In this document: positions 58,029-64,000 of the stretch, in pieces
Layout of the letters: the number at the start of each line of letters is the position of its first letter
How positions within the stretch are numbered: position 1 is the first letter of the stretch
DNA from: the human T2T-CHM13v2.0 reference genome, Homo sapiens
DNA: 64,000 nt
Strand: one strand, 5' to 3'
Assembly: GCF_009914755.1 (NCBI RefSeq)
Contig: NC_060933.1
The notes under the pieces: generated by a model
The model's input: the letters and a program-made list of their open reading frames with translations, nothing else
Database searches by the model: none
Told to the model about the DNA's origin: nothing
Program-made: the position numbers and the translations under genes

Positions 58029-59990
58029 ATATGATACTCTGCATTATGTTTCCATACTATAAAAATATTATTTTTATTAATGCAGGCAATCAAATAGGAT
58101 TAGATTCTACCAACCAACCTTCTTTGGTCTGCGGCTTCAATGTCAGTTCAGATTTGAATCATCTGTAGTGTTCCTCAAATCTGTCTTCAGTGTGTTCTAC
58201 CTAGCAGTCAGTCTGGGACCTCAAGATAATTCATCTCTTAGTTCAGATTCGCAAAGTCTATGGTGTGCTTACTATGTTCACATTCACGTATGCATGCCCT
58301 GGAGATGAGACCCAGAGTTCATAAACTTTATGTCTGGATTTTTGAGCTCTTTGCTCTCTGTGATCTCTAAGGTACTTCTGGTTATATGAAACTGTAGTCC
58401 ACTTCAATAGAAAGAAAGTTTCCTTTTTCTCAGAGTTTGATTCTCTTGGGTTCTCCCTCCTGGATACTTCCCATGTACTATGAGGCTGCTTAAGGCTGGT
58501 GCATGAAACATATAAAATTAATAAGAACAAAAACTTGGAGGAAGGAAGGAGGGAAGTGAGAGAGGGAGGGAAGAGATTTCTGCATTCTTCCTTAGTTGGG
58601 AGTTCTCTTTCCAGCAACTCAGGAGAAGCTCGTTGGCTTTGATTAGAGGTTTCTGCGTCTGAACTTCTGTACTCCTGGTTTCTTGAACTTAGGCTAGTGT
58701 GGGATAGGGGTACAAGCAAGGAAAAAGAAAGGTAAACTCATAGCCAGTTTGGTGATACTTCAAAACCTGGCATTTTTCCTCAATCTGCCTGCTGCTATTT
58801 ACTTTTTAAGTCCTAATATTACTATCTCATTTATTCTGTCAGATTTTCTATTCATAAAAGGGTGAATTATGCTTACCCTATGTTATTAGAAGGCAGTTGT
58901 CTCAGGATTATTCTCCTTGAGAGTTTAACATAAACAACTTGTCTTTACCCAAAGTCTCTGCCCAAAGTCAGCTGCTTCAAAATAACTTTTGGACCACCAC
59001 CACGAGTAGGCCCTCATCTCCCAACTAGCCACCTTTTCAGAATATTTTATTGTCAATTCATTTTGATTTTTAAATATTATTTAATCATTACAATTTACCA
59101 ATTTATTGTCTACCTTGCCTCACCAGAATATAAATGTCCTACAATCAGTCTATAAGACAACATCTATACACTCATCTACATTGTCCTTTTAATTCAACAC
59201 ATATTTTCAACCCATGGCATATAACAGGTAGTTAAGTTTTGTTAAATTAAAGAATGAATGTCATTATATACTTTCCTAACATTATTTAAATTGGGACATA
59301 ATATTTTGCTATAAGAAAGTATGAGAAATTGAATAAATGACTTTGCCTGTCTTACCTATTTTTATTTTTCTCTGTTTAAAGATTATTTATTTATTTATTT
59401 ATTTATTATTTTTATTATAGATTTGGAGGGTACATGCGCAGGTTTGTCACATGTATATATTGTGTAATAGTAAGGTTTCAGCTTTTAGTGTATCTGTCAC
59501 CTGAATAATGAACATTATACTGAATAGGTAATTTTTCAACCTTGACCCCACTTCCCTCTTCCTCACTTTTCGAGTCCTCAGTCTATTATATCCTTGTGGA
59601 TGTCCATGTGTACCCCTTATTTAGTACCCAGTTTTAAATAAGAACATGCACTATTTTGTTTTTTGTTTATAACTTATTTCACTTAGGATAATGGCTTCCA
59701 GCTCTATGCATATTGCTGCAAAAGATGTGATTTTGTTCTTTTTTATGGCTGCATGGTATTCCATGGTATGCATGCTAAATTTTCTTTATCCAATCATCCA
59801 TCAATTGACAGTTAGGTTGATTCCATGACTTTGCTATTTAATGTAGTGCTGCAATAAATATACAAGTGTAGTTGTCTTTTTTTAATATGTTTTTTCCTTT
59901 GGGTGGATACCCAGTAGTGGGATTGCTGGGTCAAATGGGAGTTCCACTTTTAGTGCTTTGAGAAATCTCCATGCTGTTTTCTCTAGAGGT

Positions 59991-60355
59991 TGATATAGTT
60001 TGGTTGTGTCCCCACCCAAATCTCATCTTGAATTGTAGCCCCCATAATCCCCACATGTTGTGGGAGGGACCTGGTGGGAGGTAATTGAATCAAGGGGGTG
60101 GGTTTTTCCCATGCTGTTCTCATGACAGTGAATAAGTTTCGGGATATCTAATGGTTTTATAAAGGACAGTTACCCTGCACATGCTCTCTTGCCTGCTGCC
60201 ATGTAAGATGTGCCTTTGCTACTCTTCCACCTTCCACAATGATTGTGAGGCTTCCCCAGCCATGTGGAACTATGAGTCCATTAAACCTCTTTTACTTTAT
60301 AAATTACCCAGTCTCAGGTATGTCTTTATTAGCAATGTGAGGACAGACTAATACA
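59991..60355 (+). mobile_element. THE1 (THE1C-like) MaLR solo LTR
   Basis: TGATATAGTTTGGTTGTGTCCCCACCCAAATCTC...GACTAATACA; perfect TSD GAGGT. Confidence 0.95.
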
Positions 60356-61165
60356 GAGGTTATACTAATTTACATTACCACCAACAGGGTATGAGCATTT
60401 GCTTCTCTCTGCATCCTCACCAACATCTGTTTTTTTTTCTTTAACTTTTTAATAACAGTTGTTCTGAATGGTGTAAGATGGTATCTCATTGCAGTTTTAA
60501 TTTGAATTTTTCCTATTATTAGTGATGTTGAGCATTTTTTCATGTTTGTTGGCCATTTGTATATCTTATGTTGAAAAATGTCTGTTTTTATCTTTTGCTC
60601 ACTTTTTAATGGGCTTAATTTTTTTTTTTCTTTTTCTGGTTGAGCTGTTTCAGTTCCATGTAGATTCTGGGTGTTTTTTGCTGGATGTACAGTTTGCGAA
60701 TACTCTCTCCCATTCTGTAGGTTGCTCACTCTGTTGATTATTTCTTCTGCTGTGCAGGTGGTTTTTATTTTAATTAAGTACAATTTGTCTATTTTTGCTT
60801 CTGTTGCATTTGCCGTTGAGCTGTTAAGCATATATTCTTTTCCTAGACCAATGTCCTGAAGAGTGTTTCCTAGGATTTCTTCTATAATTCTTATAGTTTC
60901 AAGTTATACATTTAAGTATTTAATCAATTTTGAGTTTATTTTTGTATGTAGTGAGAAATAGAGATCTATTTTTATTTCTTCTGCTATCCAATTTTCCCAG
61001 CACCATATATTGACTAGAATAAACTTTCCACATCATATATTTTTGTTGACTTCCTGAAAGGTAAATTGGATGGAGGTATATGATTTTGTTTCTAGGTACT
61101 CTAATATGTTCCATTATTTATGAGTCTATTTTTGTACTAGTAACATGCTGTTTTGGTTATGACAG

Positions 61166-61714
61166 TGTATTAGTCAGGGTTCTCTAGAGGAACAGGACTA
61201 ATGGGATAGATGTATATATGAAAGGGAGTATATTAAGGAGTATTGACTCATGTCATCACAAGGTGAAGTCACAAAATAGGCTGTCTGCAAGCCGAGTAGC
61301 AAGGAAGCCAGTCCGAGTTCCAAAACCTCAAAACTAGGGACGCTGACAGTGCAGCCTTCAGTCTGTGGCTGAAGGCACCAGAGCCACTGGCAAACCACTG
61401 GTGTATGTCCAGAGTCCAAAAGCTGAAGAACTTGGAGTCTGATGTTTGAGAGCAGGAAGCATTCAGCATGGGAGAAAGATGGAGGCCAGAAAACTTAGCC
61501 AGTCTAGTCCTTCCATGTTCCTCTGCCTGCTTTTATCCTAGCCATACTGGTAGCTGATTAGATGGTACCCACCCAGATTGAGGGTGGGTCTGCCTCTCCT
61601 AGTCCACTGACTCAAATGTTAACCTCTTTTGGCAACACCCTCACAGACACACCCAGGAATAATACTTTGCATTCTTCAATCCAATCAACTTGACACTAAA
61701 TACTAACCATCATA
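61166..61714 (-). mobile_element. MLT2A (MLT2A2-like) HERVL solo LTR
   Basis: TGTATTAGTCAGGGTTCTCTAGAG...CAATCCAATCAACTTGACAC...TAACCATCATA; TSD GACAG/TACAG. Confidence 0.92.
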
Positions 61715-64000
61715 TACAGCATTGTAGTACAATTTGCAGTCATAAAATGTGATATGTTCAGCTTTGTTCTTTTTGCTTACAATTGCTTTGGCTCTTTGGG
61801 TTCCTTTTTGTTTCCACATGACTTTTAGGATAGTATTTTTTCTAATTCTGTGAAGAATGACGTGGTAATTTAATCAGATTTGTGTTGAATCTGTAGATTG
61901 CTTTAAGCAGTGAGGTCATTTTAATGATTTTGATTTTCCAATACATGAGGGGAAGTTTTTCCATTTGTTCATGTCATCTATATCTTTCTATCATCAGTGA
62001 TTTGTAGTTCTCCTTATAGAGATCTTTCACCTCCTCGATTAAATGTATTCCTAGCTATTTTTATAACTTGTGGCTATTATAAATAAAATTGAGTTGTTGA
62101 TTTGGTTCTCAGCTTGAATATTATTGGTGTATATGGAAACTACTGATTTTTGCATGTTGATGTTGTAGTCTGAAATTTTACTGAAGTCATTTATCGAGTC
62201 TAGTCTTTTGCAGCATTCTTTAGGGATTTCTAAATATAAGGTCATGTCATCAGAGAACAGATCATTTGACTTCCATTTTTCCATTTTGGATGCCTTTTAT
62301 TATTATTATTTTTTCTTGCCTGATTGCTCTGGCTAGGACTTGGCAGTCCTAGGATGTTGAATAGGAGTGTTGAGAATAAGATATCCTTATCTTGTTCCAG
62401 TTCTTGGGAGTGAGGTGCTTTCAACTTTTCCCCATTTGGTATGATGTTGGCTGTGGATTATCATATAAGGCTTTTGTTATCTTGAGTTATGTTTCTTTGA
62501 TGCCTCATTTGTTGAGAGTTTTTACAATGAAGCAATGTTGGGTTTCATTGAATACTTTTTCTGCATTTATTGAAATGATCATGTGGTTTATGCTCTTAAT
62601 TCTCTTTATGTAGTAAATTTCACATTTTCTCATATGCTGGGCCATCCTTGTATCTCTGGAATAAAACCCACTTGATTGTGATGGATTATCTTTCTGACAT
62701 ATGGTTGGATTCAGTTTGCTAGTATTTTGTTGTGAATTTTTACATCTATGTTTACTAGCAAAATTGGGCTGTAGTTTTCTTTTTCTGTTGTCTCTTTGCC
62801 TGGTTTTGGTATCAGGGTGTTATTGGTTTCATAGAATGAGTTAGGGAGGCATCCCTCCTCCTCAATTTTTTTGAATAATTTCAGCAGAATTGGTATCAGC
62901 TCTTCTTGGTGTGTTGGGTAAAATTTAGCTATAAATGCCCCCAGCCCTAAGCTTTTTTTATTAGGAGATTATTTATTACTGATTCATTTTCATTATTCAT
63001 TATTGGTTTGCTCAGGGTTTCTATTTGGACCTGCTTCAATCTTGGGAAGTTGTATGTTTCCAGAAATTTATCTATTTTCTCATGCCTTTCTAGTTCGTGC
63101 ACATAGAATGCTCATAGTTGTCTCTGATGATCTTTAGTATTTTCTTGGTATCAGTTGTAATGTTACCTTTATCATTACTGATTGTGCTTATTTGAATATT
63201 CTATCTTTTTTGCTTGGTTAATCTAGCTAGCTGACTATTAATTTTGTTTATCATTTCAAGGAAACAATTTTTCATTTAGTTGTTATTTTGCATTATTTTT
63301 GGGGTCTCAATCTCATTTAGTTTTGCACTGATATTTGTTGTTTTTTTATTCTGTTAGCTTTGTGTTTGGTTCATTTTTGTTTCTCTAGTTCCTTGAGGTG
63401 CAAAGTTAGGTTGTTAATTTGAGAACTTTTTCTTTTTGAGGTAGACATTTAGCAGTATTAGCTTTCCATTTAACACTGCTTATGATGTATTCCAGAGGTT
63501 TTGGTATATTGTGTCTCTATTTTCATTTGTTTCCAAAAATATTTTTATTTCTGCCTTAATTTTGCCTGCTTACCCAAAGGTCATTCAAGAGCAAGTTTTT
63601 GAGTTTCCACGTACTTGTGTAGTTTTGAGAGTTCCTCTCTGTTTTGACTTTTAATTTTATTCCACTGTGGTCAAAGAAGATACTTGATATTATTTCAAAT
63701 TTAAAAAAAAATTGAGACTTGCTTTATGTCCAAGAATATGGTCTATTTTGGAGAATGTTCCATGCACAAATTAGAAAAATGACTATTCTGTGGTTGTTTG
63801 GTAGAATGTTCTGTAGCTATCTATTAGGTCCATTTGTTCCAGAGTCCAGTTTAAGTCCAGAGTTTATTGCTTTTCTGCCTCGATGATCTGTCTAATGCTG
63901 TGAGTTGGGTCTTGAAGCCCCCATTATTATTGTGTTGTTGTCTACCTCTTTTCTTAGGACTAGTAGTTTGTATTTTATGAATCTTTGGGCTTTGGTATTG

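Larger units (their letters stand above)
55730..58870 (-). mobile_element. Old L1MD/L1ME ORF1-5' region, interrupted by two Alus
   Basis: TTGAAGTGAGTTCTT, TCTGAGAATGTC, TCTGGCTGCTTTTAATATTTT, TTGTATCCTGGACATT. Confidence 0.75.
59382..64000 (-). mobile_element. L1PB-type element (3'UTR and decayed ORF2), runs off the window
   Basis: (TTTA)n tail, GGGTACATGCGCAGGTTTG 3'UTR, antisense ORF2 (FSDDMTLYLE, MKKCSTSLII). Confidence 0.92.

Noticed and set aside
57611-58168. Overlapping YI/CV/HT-repeat ORFs
   Set aside because: Artefacts of the stop-free TA/CA minisatellite and the adjacent Alu
58258-58719. 153-aa minus-strand ORF
   Set aside because: Lies in an old L1 5' region, has a non-ATG start and no recognisable domain

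Overview
Human (primate) genomic DNA. It is AT-rich, CpG-poor and mostly made of interspersed repeats; an intact AluYa5 points specifically to Homo sapiens. I see no host protein-coding exon, RNA gene or CpG island. Nearly all ORFs in the track are chance ORFs or translations of Alu, L1 or microsatellite sequence. The only protein-like ones are the broken ORF2 C-terminus of a 5'-truncated L1PA2/3 and decayed ORF2 pieces of an L1PB. Repeat content: about 12 Alus, young and old L1s, L2/MIR relics, many MaLR/ERVL/ERV1 LTRs, a decayed ERVL gag-pro-pol region and small DNA-transposon pieces. Subfamily names come from recalled consensus features, and boundaries of old elements are approximate. Most notable: (1) a complex templated insertion at 48.9-49.3 kb that creates a ~70-bp-stem hairpin plus a ~225-bp inverted copy of a site 1.55 kb away; (2) a fossil retroviral env TM subunit at ~34.1-34.6 kb; (3) a short L1 3' transduction; (4) two tiny TSD-flanked retro-insertions; (5) a near-consensus AluYa5; (6) a half MADE1 fused to a 38-bp higher-order minisatellite; (7) an Alu tail expanded into a ~235-bp alternating purine-pyrimidine tract. 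I found no convincing new multi-gene biological system.
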